A model generated the notes under the pieces. The model ran no database searches and was not told the DNA's origin. It saw only the letters and a program-made list of their open reading frames with translations. A DNA stretch of 64,000 bases, taken from assembly GCA_024434115.1 (NCBI GenBank), contig QMIT01000004.1, positions 29,073 to 93,072 on the forward strand, written 5' to 3'. The stretch comes from Chloroflexota bacterium (GTDB lineage: Bacteria > Chloroflexota > Anaerolineae > Aggregatilineales > J027). Position 1 is the first letter of the stretch. Every line of letters starts with the position of its first letter. Shown one piece after another: positions 27,001 through 36,414 of the stretch. A program made the translations under genes and the position numbers.

Positions 27001-27735
27001 TTATCCTACACTGTGCAGCACAGCATTAAATTTATAACGATCCCCCCGATAAGCGGAGCGTGCATATTCAAAGGGGGCATCTTGTTCATTAAAGGTGATC
27101 CGGGTCATACTCAAAATGGGTGTATGCGAGTCAATCTTGAGCAGTTCAAGTTCGGTGGCGGTGGCACGGCGGGCCTCAATGGTTTGTTGGGCATGGGTCA
27201 TATTCAAGCCATATTCTTCGCGCAGCACTTGATACAAGGACTCACAGCTAAAATCATGATTGCCTAAAATATTGGGGCACAGCGCGTCAATAATATGGCT
27301 AATTTCGAGCGCAATGGCCTGATCGTCCGAAAGGCGAAGCCGCTTGAGTACCATGACTTTTGCCCCCGGCACCAACGCCAATGCCCGTGCAACCTCTTCT
27401 TCGGCGGGGTCAACACTGGCATAGAGAACCCGACTGGCGGCGGCCTGCCCACGTCGCTGCATTTCTTCGGTAAAACTGGTCAGGGTACGCAGTTCTTGAT
27501 TGATTTTGCCGGGGGTGACGAACGTCCCCTTACCAACGCGGGTATGCAACAGCCCTTCCGTCACCAACTCGGTAATGGCTTTGGTCACGGTCAATCGGCT
27601 CACCTCAAACTGCTCCGAAAGCTGACGCTCGGAGGGAATCCGCGTGTTTTCAGAATACGCCCCCGACAAAATATTTTGGCGAATATATTCTTTTATTTGG
27701 ATATATAATGGCACGGCTGAGTCGCGGGTTATCAT
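27001..27735 (-). CDS. GntR/HutC-family regulator (wHTH plus UTRA), NagR/MurR-like role
   Basis: The sequence 'PLYIQIKEYIRQNILSGAY....IPSERQLSEQFEVSRLTVTKAITELV.EGLL....GKGTFV' is present. The ATG at 27735 is preceded by 'AGGGAGA'. Confidence 0.8.
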   Translation of the reverse strand: MITRDSAVPLYIQIKEYIRQNILSGAYSENTRIPSERQLSEQFEVSRLTVTKAITELVTEGLLHTRVGKGTFVTPGKINQELRTLTSFTEEMQRRGQAAASRVLYASVDPAEEEVARALALVPGAKVMVLKRLRLSDDQAIALEISHIIDALCPNILGNHDFSCESLYQVLREEYGLNMTHAQQTIEARRATATELELLKIDSHTPILSMTRITFNEQDAPFEYARSAYRGDRYKFNAVLHSVG

Positions 27736-27748
27736 CACCTTGTCTCCC

Positions 27749-27961
27749 TTAGCGCCGAAACACTTTGACAAAAACAGCAACTCCTACTATCAGCGCCAGC
27801 CCAATAAAAATATTGCAGATACTCAAGGTGTATTCCGGCGAGTCCGGCTCGGCGCTTAACCACGTTACCACACTGCACAGGGCAATAAACGCCCCTAACC
27901 CCAAAAAAGTGCGCAAAAAAACTTCAATAGCATCTGGTTCACGACGCGGCATTGGATTCAC
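27749..27961 (-). CDS. possible small two-TM membrane protein
   Basis: The 70-aa ORF has two hydrophobic segments. It overlaps the 3' end of the upstream ABC ATPase gene by 23 nt and fills the gap before the regulator gene. Confidence 0.3.
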   Translation of the reverse strand: MNPMPRREPDAIEVFLRTFLGLGAFIALCSVVTWLSAEPDSPEYTLSICNIFIGLALIVGVAVFVKVFRR

Positions 27962-28964
27962 GGGTGCTTAGTCCCATTCCTTGTGTCAACGGTATACAGG
28001 CCACTTCCTGCCCATAGCCATTGAGTGGCTCTAATACTGGCACTTCCTGATCGCACACCCCCGGCACAAAAAATGGACAGCGTGGATGGAAGGCACACCC
28101 TGCCGGAATATCAATCAAACTAGGGATGTCATCACTGCGTAAGGGCAGGGTTTCTTTGCGCCGGGTCACAATCGGGTCGGCTTCGGGAATAGCCGAAATC
28201 AGGGCTTTGGTATAAGGGTGGGATGGACTGCCGATAATTTCTGGCGTGCTGCCAATTTCGACCACTCGCCCCAAATACATCACTGCCACCCGGCCCTCCC
28301 ACGCGAAATATTTGGCAAGGGCGAGGTCGTGGGTAATAAACACCACCGCAATCCCAAATTTATCGCGTAGACTTTGCAGGGTTTTGAGCAAACTGATACG
28401 GATGCTAACATCTACCATACTGACGGCTTCATCCGCCACAATCAAACGCGGATTGACCGACAAGGCGCGGGCGATACTGACCCGTTGACGCTGCCCCCCG
28501 CTAAGTTGATGGGGATATTTGTTGACAATATCGCCGGGTGGGGTTAAGTCTACCAGTGTCAGCAGTTCCCAAACACGGCGGCGTAGTTCGGCCCGATTGC
28601 CGACCAGATGATGCCGTTTCAGCGGATAACTCAAAATTTGCCCGATGGTGTGCGAAGGATTCAGTGAGGCAAACGGGTCTTGATGAACGATCTGCAATGA
28701 CCGCCGATACTCGGATTTGTCTTTGCGTCCGCGTCCATGAATCGGCTGACCTTCATATAACACTTCACCGGACGACTCGGCCAACAAACCCACCATAATT
28801 TTGCCAGTGGTCGTCTTGCCACAGCCGCTTTCCCCAACGAGGCATAAGATTTCACTGGAGTGGACTGCCAAGTTGATATCCTGCAAGACTGGGATGTCGG
28901 TGCGCCCCTTTTTAAAATGCCGATACACATGCCGTAATTCAATCAATGGTTGCTGAGTCGTCAT
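27939..28964 (-). CDS. ABC transporter ATP-binding protein (OppF/DppF-type)
   Basis: It has Walker A 'GESGCGKTT', the signature 'LSGGQRQRV', and the C-terminal oligopeptide-type extension with 'CAFHPRCP'. Confidence 0.85.
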   Translation of the reverse strand: MTTQQPLIELRHVYRHFKKGRTDIPVLQDINLAVHSSEILCLVGESGCGKTTTGKIMVGLLAESSGEVLYEGQPIHGRGRKDKSEYRRSLQIVHQDPFASLNPSHTIGQILSYPLKRHHLVGNRAELRRRVWELLTLVDLTPPGDIVNKYPHQLSGGQRQRVSIARALSVNPRLIVADEAVSMVDVSIRISLLKTLQSLRDKFGIAVVFITHDLALAKYFAWEGRVAVMYLGRVVEIGSTPEIIGSPSHPYTKALISAIPEADPIVTRRKETLPLRSDDIPSLIDIPAGCAFHPRCPFFVPGVCDQEVPVLEPLNGYGQEVACIPLTQGMGLSTRESNAAS

Positions 28965-28984
28965 AAAAATAGTCGTTTCCGTAA

Positions 28985-30034
28985 TTATGAGAGGCGGGCT
29001 ACCCGTGCTGTCGCCGAAACTGAGCGCAATTCTTGGCCTCTTTCCAATACCTCGTTGCTCTTATAACACGCGACGATGTGCCCGATGCTGGCTTGCTCAA
29101 GCTGGGGCGGGGTCGTCTGGCAAGTTTCGATGGCAAAGGGACAGCGGATGTGGAATTTGCAACCCGTCGGCGGCTCAACCAAATCGGGTGGGCTGCCGGG
29201 AATGCCGTCCAATTCTTCCCGCCCCACACTCAATCGTGGCGAGGCTTCCATCAATCCCAATGTATAAGCATGGCGCGGCTCATAGAAAATATCATTAACC
29301 GGCCCCATCTCAACAATTTCGCCCGCATACATAGTCGCAACGGTATCAGCAATTTCCGCCGCCACCGCGAGGTCATGGCTGATAAAAATCGAACTAAAAC
29401 CGAGTTCCTCCTTGAGATCACGTAGAACGTTTAAGATGCTGCGTTGTGTCAAAATATCAAGGGCGGTGGTCGGCTCATCAAAAATGACGACCTGCGGATT
29501 CAACAGCAGGCCCAACGCAATCAGCACCCGCTGGCGCATCCCCCCGCTGAGTTCATGTGGATAAGAATTAAACACACGCTCCGGGTCAAGGCGCACTTTG
29601 CGGAAGAGTTCCAAAGCCCGTTCACGCACTTCGCCCCGGTTATTCAAGCCATGCGCTTTGGCGGTATCATAAATCATGTCGCGCACATGGATGACCGGGT
29701 TCAGCGAATTTTGTGCCCCTTGAAACACCATCGCACACTCCGACCAGCGGAATTTTCGTAGGGAGCGTGTATTTAAGGCCAGCACATCAATTTTTTGTCC
29801 GGCCCGATCTGTATACACAATCTTGCCTGTGTCCGTGTTGGCATTTTTGGGCAGCAAGCGCATCAAGCCGAAATTCAGGGTAGATTTGCCGCAACCACTT
29901 TCACCAATCAGGGCCAATGTCTCACCCCGGTGCAAATCAAAGGAAACATGGCTGACCGCTTGTAATCGTCCGCGCCGTGTCAGGTAGGTAATGGATAGGT
30001 CTTGCACACTCAGGACAACTTCTTTGCCTGCCAT
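28985..30034 (-). CDS. ABC transporter ATP-binding protein (OppD/DppD-type)
   Basis: It has Walker A 'GESGCGKST', the signature 'LSGGMRQRV' and 'CKFHIRCP'. Confidence 0.85.
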   Translation of the reverse strand: MAGKEVVLSVQDLSITYLTRRGRLQAVSHVSFDLHRGETLALIGESGCGKSTLNFGLMRLLPKNANTDTGKIVYTDRAGQKIDVLALNTRSLRKFRWSECAMVFQGAQNSLNPVIHVRDMIYDTAKAHGLNNRGEVRERALELFRKVRLDPERVFNSYPHELSGGMRQRVLIALGLLLNPQVVIFDEPTTALDILTQRSILNVLRDLKEELGFSSIFISHDLAVAAEIADTVATMYAGEIVEMGPVNDIFYEPRHAYTLGLMEASPRLSVGREELDGIPGSPPDLVEPPTGCKFHIRCPFAIETCQTTPPQLEQASIGHIVACYKSNEVLERGQELRSVSATARVARLS

Positions 30035-30043
30035 TATGTTCTC

Positions 30044-31231
30044 CTATAGACCTGAGCGCAGACGCGGATTAAAAACCTCTTCGAGCGAACGGGTGAAGAG
30101 GATCAGGGACAATTGAAACAGGGCAATGGCGATGACAGGCGACAGAATCATGCTGGCCCCGTCGGAATTAAAGATGGCACCCTGTTGGCGACCTACGTAG
30201 ATCATAACCCCCCAATCCGGCTCTTCCAGTGGTACAAGACCCAAGAAAACGAGGCCAACAATGTAATACATGGCGGATCGGATGGAAAAAATCATATTGA
30301 CCACAATATAGCTCATCAAATTGGGCAGCACTTCCCGAATAATGATATGGGGCAGTCCCAAATCCAGCGCGACGGCGGCTTGGACATAATCCCGCTCACG
30401 CAGACTCAACACTTGGGCACGCACCGCCCGCATCAAAGCAGGCCAACTTAACCCTGCAAACAGAAGGGCGAGATAGAAGTGGTTGCTGAAACTCAAAATC
30501 GAAGCCAACACTAGCAGGAGCGGGAATTGGGGAATGGTCAAAATGAAATTGGCGATTGCCGACAATACTTGGTCAACCACACCACCGATCATCGCCGCCA
30601 GCGCCCCGACTACCACCGCAATGAGCGTCGCAATCAGGCCCGCTTCAATGGAGGTGATAATCAGATTCTGACCCCCATGTACCATATGGGAGAAAATATC
30701 ACGCCCTTTCCAATCCAGCCCCAAAATAAATTCACTCGAAGGCTTTTGGAATAGGGTACGCGCTCCCGGCTGAAGGCGCTCAACGTGGGTATCGCCGTCA
30801 TATTCGATAAACAACGGGCCGAATACCGAGATACCTACAAAAAACAAGATGCCGATAAAGCCTAAAAAACCAGCTTTGTTGCGGATGAGGGCACGCACGC
30901 TCTGCCGAATAGTGCGTCCTAATGCCGCCATCTGTCGCATCAAAAATTCAAGCTGCGATTCCTCAAAATTGACGGCCTCAATAGATGCACGCGAGGTAAA
31001 GGGGTCTTCATGGTCAACAAAGGCGTAAGAAATCACCACCGCTGTTGTGAACACCAGCATGATGAATCCACCGATGAGGCTAAACGAAAAACCCGCCAGC
31101 GCACACAACGCCAGCCCAACAATGCCCCATTTCAATTGCTGGTAGCGCAGACCGATACCCAACGGCACAAGACCACACAAAATACCGATAATGAGACCGG
31201 GGATAGTGGCAACCGCAATCAAAAAGCCCAT
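30044..31231 (-). CDS. ABC transporter permease (OppC/DppC-type) with an extra N-terminal TM region
   Basis: It is a polytopic membrane protein with the BPD_transp_1-like loop 'SLRERDYVQAAVALD'. Confidence 0.8.
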   Translation of the reverse strand: MGFLIAVATIPGLIIGILCGLVPLGIGLRYQQLKWGIVGLALCALAGFSFSLIGGFIMLVFTTAVVISYAFVDHEDPFTSRASIEAVNFEESQLEFLMRQMAALGRTIRQSVRALIRNKAGFLGFIGILFFVGISVFGPLFIEYDGDTHVERLQPGARTLFQKPSSEFILGLDWKGRDIFSHMVHGGQNLIITSIEAGLIATLIAVVVGALAAMIGGVVDQVLSAIANFILTIPQFPLLLVLASILSFSNHFYLALLFAGLSWPALMRAVRAQVLSLRERDYVQAAVALDLGLPHIIIREVLPNLMSYIVVNMIFSIRSAMYYIVGLVFLGLVPLEEPDWGVMIYVGRQQGAIFNSDGASMILSPVIAIALFQLSLILFTRSLEEVFNPRLRSGL

Positions 31232-31233
31232 AC

Positions 31234-32328
31234 CTATTTGCCCCCTACCCGTACACGTGGGTCTAAAACCCCATAGAGCAAATCGGCTAGGATATTGGAA
31301 ATCACGACTGCGGCGGATGTCACCAGAAAAATACCTTGAATCGTGGTGTAATCGCGCTTGCCCGTCATTTCAAAAAGATATTTTCCAAGTCCGGGATAAA
31401 TGAAAATGTACTCAATGATAATGCTGCCACTCAACACAAACCCCACACTGATCGCCAAACGGGTCATCAACGGCAACATCGCATTGCGGCCCACATAGCC
31501 AAACAAGATGCGACGCTGGCTTAACCCGCGTGCATGAGCTACCGTGATATAGTCTTCGCCAAGTGTTGAAATGGTGCTGCTTTTCATCGTCAGCATCCAC
31601 CCTCCTACGCTGGCTAAGACATAGGTTGTCACAGGCAGCAGCACATGTTGAAGCAGGCTTCGGATATATTCAGGATTGAGACCAGCCTTAATTTCAGGGT
31701 CAACCGACCCGATATAATCCCCTACTTGAAATAATTCGAGTTGGATGCCTCCAATCAAAAGTATCATAAAAGCGATTACAAAGTCGGGGATGCCATAACT
31801 AATCGAAGCAAAAGCTGTCATCACATTATCAAAAACAGTGCCCCGCCAATAGGCCATCGCAGCACCAGCAATCATGCCAATCACAAAACTTATCAGCAGG
31901 CCGAGGCCAACCGCGAATAGGGTCCATGGCAGATATTTGGCAATTTGCTGCGAAACGGGGGTGCGCCCGGTGGTAATCGAACGGCCCAAATCGCCCTGCA
32001 ACAAATTCCCCATATAGTCGGTGTACTGCTCGATAAAAGGTGCGTCGGGGTCATAGTCGAACAACCCTGCCACTTTCGCCTTCGCCTCTTCATAGGTCAA
32101 GTTCTGCTTGGTCTGAAATTCATCAATCTTGACCTCAATCGGGTTATTGGGCATTTTGCGGATCATATAAAAGGTGCAGGTCGTGACCACCCACAGGGTC
32201 AATATGCCTTGCACCGTGACCCGAAAGATATAACTTCTATAGGCCGCCCGTAAAAGTTTTTTGCTCAACGACCATAAACTTGGCTGGCTCAAAGGTTGGT
32301 CAGTGCGGCGGAATGGAATGGCACCCAT
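31234..32328 (-). CDS. ABC transporter permease (OppB/DppB-type)
   Basis: It is polytopic, contains 'EDYITVAHARGLSQRRILF', and its C-terminus 'DLLYGVLDPRVR' is typical of OppB/DppB. Confidence 0.8.
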   Translation of the reverse strand: MGAIPFRRTDQPLSQPSLWSLSKKLLRAAYRSYIFRVTVQGILTLWVVTTCTFYMIRKMPNNPIEVKIDEFQTKQNLTYEEAKAKVAGLFDYDPDAPFIEQYTDYMGNLLQGDLGRSITTGRTPVSQQIAKYLPWTLFAVGLGLLISFVIGMIAGAAMAYWRGTVFDNVMTAFASISYGIPDFVIAFMILLIGGIQLELFQVGDYIGSVDPEIKAGLNPEYIRSLLQHVLLPVTTYVLASVGGWMLTMKSSTISTLGEDYITVAHARGLSQRRILFGYVGRNAMLPLMTRLAISVGFVLSGSIIIEYIFIYPGLGKYLFEMTGKRDYTTIQGIFLVTSAAVVISNILADLLYGVLDPRVRVGGK

Positions 32329-32414
32329 AGGAAACCCCTCAAAATGGAAATAAAGCTGGGGCTAGGGGCGATTTTTTGCTTAACCGCCCCCAGATTTTAG
32401 TTCAATTTATTGAC

Positions 32415-34190
32415 CTAGTTGGCGGGAGCAATCGTCCCGTTCAACAAATACAATACGACAAAGTGGTCAGCACTGGGATTTTGCAGAATAGGATCATCAT
32501 CGGCAGGCCCACCCGCAAGCAAGTCCTCATTCCACGGCTCGGTGCTGAGAATGACATTCAAGGGGATGAACGGCATCAGGTCATTGATAATGAGGGCAAT
32601 TTCACCAGCCCGCTGCTTTTGTACTTCGATATCGAGGCCGTTACTGGCGTCCTTAATCATCTGGTCAAGGTTAATCGTTTCTCCGTTGTATTCAAATTCC
32701 ATCGGGAAATTCATACCCTTTTGACCATCGGTCAGGCCAACATAGTTAAACCGTTGGATCGGGCCAAAGAATTGGCGGCTGGAAAACGGCGAACCGGATG
32801 CCCAACTCCACACTGACAGTTCAAAATTACCATCACGGATGTCTTGAGCCGTCTGCTGCCAAGGCGTCGCAACCGGGGTGATGTCGAAACCAAATTCGTT
32901 CATCTGGTCAATTGCGTTTTGGGCAGCAGCGGAGAAGTCGGCAAATTCAGCCGGGAACTTATATTCGGCGGCAATCACATTGCCATCCGCATCAGCCCAC
33001 TTGCCATCGGAGTTCTTGGCAAAACCAACGCTTTCCAACAATTCGGCGGCTTTATCCCGGTTGAGTTCATAGCGATTCAGTTTGTCAATGTCTTCTTGGT
33101 TCATCAACACCGGCACTGATGAATCGAGCAGTCCACACATATAAACGGTAGCCGTCGCGCCGAGGCCGTTGGTCAAGAAGGCATTTTCGCTGCGGTCAAT
33201 CAAGTAAGCAATCGCCTGACGGACTTCCTTGACTTCAAAGGGGTGTACATCGAAATTAAACAGCAAAGCAGGGCCGTACATGCGCGGCATAATCAGCAAG
33301 CGGATACCAGCATCGGCAAACGCCTGTTGGGTGGAGGGTGGATACACATTGGTTGAATGGGCAATATCACCACTCAGCACCAGCGGGGTTGTCGCCTCGG
33401 TTTCACCTGCCCACAGGCGGATTTCACCAAATTTGACGCTCCCAGAGAAAATGCTGTTGGGCTGCCAACGCAGCGTCATATAGCTGTCACTGACATCATC
33501 CAGCGTATAGGTATAGGGGCCGCTGGCGAGCAGTTGGGTGGGGCGGAATTCGGTGATTTCGGTCTTGAGTGCTGCCCATTCTTCGCTATCGGAGGCGGCG
33601 CCACTGGCAATCATATCGAGGGCGCGTTGGGGCAGGTCACCATAGCTGGCAGCGGCGCTGATGCTGCTCTTAAGAATGCCACGTTCGGCCACCAAAGAGG
33701 GTTCACCTGCGAATACGAAATTGACGGTGTAATCGTCTATTTTTACGACATCGGAGATATAGCCGCCGCTGAACACCGAGAAGTAGTTGGTAATGCGGGC
33801 CAGCGCATAGGTCGCAATCACGTCATCGGCGGTGATGGGGGTGCCATCACTCCACAGGGCATCTTCACGGAGTTTGATGAAGTAGGCAGTGTTGTCTTCA
33901 GTAAAACCCCATTCGGTTGCCAACATGGGGAGATATTCGTCGGTTGCCCACATATAGTAGGCGGGGGTCAGTTCAACAATTTGGCGATACACCACACCGA
34001 GGTTGGTATCCAAACCACTGGCGTCAAACCCATTCAGGTGATGATCGGGTGGCAGGGTATAGGGCCATGTACCGAGGAACGTTCCAGAGGGAGCATCTTG
34101 CGCTTTCGCAACGGGTTTGGCCGTGCTAAAGGTGCCCACTACGCTAAATACTAAAATAAAGGCCACGAACAAAAGCAAATATCGTTTCAT
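32415..34190 (-). CDS. family-5 (peptide/nickel/oligosaccharide-type) ABC substrate-binding protein
   Basis: It has the signal peptide 'MKRYLLLFVAFILVFSVVGTFSTA', is 591 aa long, and is the first gene of the transporter operon. Confidence 0.8.
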   Translation of the reverse strand: MKRYLLLFVAFILVFSVVGTFSTAKPVAKAQDAPSGTFLGTWPYTLPPDHHLNGFDASGLDTNLGVVYRQIVELTPAYYMWATDEYLPMLATEWGFTEDNTAYFIKLREDALWSDGTPITADDVIATYALARITNYFSVFSGGYISDVVKIDDYTVNFVFAGEPSLVAERGILKSSISAAASYGDLPQRALDMIASGAASDSEEWAALKTEITEFRPTQLLASGPYTYTLDDVSDSYMTLRWQPNSIFSGSVKFGEIRLWAGETEATTPLVLSGDIAHSTNVYPPSTQQAFADAGIRLLIMPRMYGPALLFNFDVHPFEVKEVRQAIAYLIDRSENAFLTNGLGATATVYMCGLLDSSVPVLMNQEDIDKLNRYELNRDKAAELLESVGFAKNSDGKWADADGNVIAAEYKFPAEFADFSAAAQNAIDQMNEFGFDITPVATPWQQTAQDIRDGNFELSVWSWASGSPFSSRQFFGPIQRFNYVGLTDGQKGMNFPMEFEYNGETINLDQMIKDASNGLDIEVQKQRAGEIALIINDLMPFIPLNVILSTEPWNEDLLAGGPADDDPILQNPSADHFVVLYLLNGTIAPAN

Positions 34191-34222
34191 GCTGTGGTTC
34201 TCCTAAAAAATTTAGGTGTGAG

Positions 34223-34263
34223 TGGTATAGGGTGGACTAGTCCACCTTACTCCAACTATACCA
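34223..34263. promoter_or_regulatory. dre-like operator: a perfect 16-bp palindrome flanked by TGGTATAG / CTATACCA arms
   Basis: 'ggtggactagtccacc' (34231-34246) is its own reverse complement. The flanking arms lie at 34223-34230 and 34256-34263. The site lies 33-73 nt upstream of the binding-protein start. Confidence 0.5.
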
Positions 34264-34309
34264 ATCCCCCTTTAGAACCGCAAAATTTCTCATAAATCTT
34301 GTGAGGCTA

Positions 34310-35152
34310 TTACTGAACTCCTGTGAAGAAGTCGGTCTCACGTCGTCCCCATCGAGCGGCTTTGGGTGACACCCGCACGAAACTCTGGTTGGCAAACAAG
34401 CGGCGGCGTAACCATTTCCGCATAGGTGGGGCTTGCCATTGACTGGCATGGCATTGGTTGGCCTCATCCCAAATGTCCAGAAAATCCCCGACTTCTATTG
34501 TTGTGTGTGTTGGCGGCACATTTTGATAGATAGCGATCAAATCGAGGTCACGGTTTGCCCCAATTTTGCGTGGGTTTTGGCGTTGGACAAAAGATCGCGC
34601 AATTCCCAGCGAGATCATCAGTTTTTTGGCGGGCATATAGTAAAGTTTTTGGGGCGTATGAACTGGGCCAGCTTCGGGATACTGGGTCGCATCCCCCGCT
34701 GCAAAAAAGGCTTTGGTCGTCGTCCGGCACATGACAATATGATCAGGGTGTCCATAACCGCCATATTCATCAAACGTGACCACGACCTGCGGCTTGACCT
34801 CTCGAATGACCGCCACAATCTTGCTTACGACCTCTTCTTCCTTTGCCTGCCACAGGCATTCGGGGTGATGATTGTCATCGGTTCCCATCATGCCGCTATC
34901 GCTGTAACCAAAGCGGAACAGACGCTGAATTCCCAATTTCTGTGCGGCACACTCCAACTCGGCAACACGCACCGCCCCAACCGAGCCGTGCTTTTCCAAA
35001 AACTCAGACGGAATCGTTCCGCGATCCCCATCGGTTGAACATATCAAAGAGATTTCAACCCCCGCATGGGCATATTTGGCAATCACGCCCCCCATGCCAA
35101 ATGTTTCATCATCAGGATGGGCAAAAGAGATCAGCATTCGCTTCCCAGTCAT
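34310..35152 (-). CDS. PIG-L / LmbE-family N-acetylglucosaminyl deacetylase
   Basis: 'LISFAHPDDETFGMGG' carries the AHPDDE zinc motif, and 'GHPDH' occurs later. I chose the ATG at 35152. Confidence 0.8.
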   Translation of the reverse strand: MTGKRMLISFAHPDDETFGMGGVIAKYAHAGVEISLICSTDGDRGTIPSEFLEKHGSVGAVRVAELECAAQKLGIQRLFRFGYSDSGMMGTDDNHHPECLWQAKEEEVVSKIVAVIREVKPQVVVTFDEYGGYGHPDHIVMCRTTTKAFFAAGDATQYPEAGPVHTPQKLYYMPAKKLMISLGIARSFVQRQNPRKIGANRDLDLIAIYQNVPPTHTTIEVGDFLDIWDEANQCHASQWQAPPMRKWLRRRLFANQSFVRVSPKAARWGRRETDFFTGVQ

Positions 35153-35220
35153 ACACTTGACCTCGGTGAATAATGGTATACTTGCGCCGTTCCAAATCAA
35201 CATCGAAGGATGATAGCAGA

Positions 35221-36414
35221 ATGACCCATTTTAGCATTCAGCTTGAAAAATTAAATCAGACAGTTGAGATACTCCAAGAAAAACAACTTGACGCTTGGAT
35301 GACCTTTGTGCGTGAAACGTCCCATAATGCTGACCCGGCACTTGGTCTTATTGTGGGCATGAATTTGACGTGGCAGTCTGCCTTTATTATTACCCGCACC
35401 GGCGAAAAAATCGCCATCGTGGGGCGCTATGATGCTGAAAACGTTGGGCGCATCGGGGGTTTTACCGAAATAATCGGCTATGACCAAAGCATCCAACCCG
35501 AATTGCAGCGGATTTTGAAACGGCTCAATCCGCGCCAAATTGCCCTCAATTATTCCGAAAACGACTCTGCCGCCGATGGCCTTTCGCACGGGATGTATCT
35601 TATCTTGAAGCGCTATTTACAAGGCACATCCTACGAACTCATCTCCGCCGAAGGTATTCTGAATTCGCTGCGGGGTCGCAAATCCGCCACCGAAATCGCC
35701 CGCATTCGCCAAGCCGTCAAACTCACCGAAGAAATCATTGACCAGATTACCACCTATCTGCGTCCCGGTCTGCATGAACGGGAAATTGCCGCGTTTATCC
35801 ATGCCGAAATGAGCAAGCGCGGTCTTACCCCGGCGTGGGAACCCGAATACTGCCCGATTGTCAACTGTGGCCCGGATTCGCCGATTGGACATGCTGCACC
35901 CTCCGAGAAATACGTCTCGCAGGTCGGGCAATTGGTTCATGTGGATTTGGGAGTCTATTTTGAAGATTACGTATCCGATATGCAGCGGGTGTGGTATTTG
36001 CAGCCTGCGAGCGAAACCAATGTGCCCCAACCGATTTTGGACGGGTTTAAGGTTGTCAGTGGCGCGATCCAAGCCGCTGCTGCTGTTATGAAACCGGGGG
36101 TAACAGGCAACGCAGTGGACACCGCCGCCCGTCAACACATTATCCAAAACGGCTATCCCGAATTTTTGCACGCCACTGGACATCAAATTGGTCGCACCGT
36201 GCATGACGGCTCAACCCTGTTAGGGCCGATGTGGGAAAAATATGGGCAAAGTCCAATGGGTCTACTTGAAGTCGGCAATGCCTATACCCTCGAACTCGGT
36301 GTCCAAGTGCCACATTATGGTCTTGTGGCGCTGGAAGAAGATGTGATTGTGACTGAAAATGGCATGGAATGGCTTGCCACACCCCAAACCGAGCCGATTA
36401 TTGTGAGGGTGTAG
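35221..36414 (+). CDS. M24-family Xaa-Pro peptidase / creatinase-fold hydrolase
   Basis: The pita-bread metal ligand contexts 'VHVDLG', 'DMQRV', 'HATGHQIG', 'YTLELG' and 'ALEEDV' are present. Confidence 0.8.
   Translation: MTHFSIQLEKLNQTVEILQEKQLDAWMTFVRETSHNADPALGLIVGMNLTWQSAFIITRTGEKIAIVGRYDAENVGRIGGFTEIIGYDQSIQPELQRILKRLNPRQIALNYSENDSAADGLSHGMYLILKRYLQGTSYELISAEGILNSLRGRKSATEIARIRQAVKLTEEIIDQITTYLRPGLHEREIAAFIHAEMSKRGLTPAWEPEYCPIVNCGPDSPIGHAAPSEKYVSQVGQLVHVDLGVYFEDYVSDMQRVWYLQPASETNVPQPILDGFKVVSGAIQAAAAVMKPGVTGNAVDTAARQHIIQNGYPEFLHATGHQIGRTVHDGSTLLGPMWEKYGQSPMGLLEVGNAYTLELGVQVPHYGLVALEEDVIVTENGMEWLATPQTEPIIVRV

Noticed and set aside
33357-34154. Long antisense ORFs opposite well-supported genes. 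Examples are 33357..34154, 53451..54203, 9901..10479, 35617..36204, 42382..42948, 17708..18118 and 25391..25939.
   Set aside because: Each lies fully inside a gene with strong family motifs on the other strand. Their translations are low-complexity (Gly/Arg/Pro/His-rich) with no motifs. This is typical of shadow ORFs in moderately GC-rich DNA.
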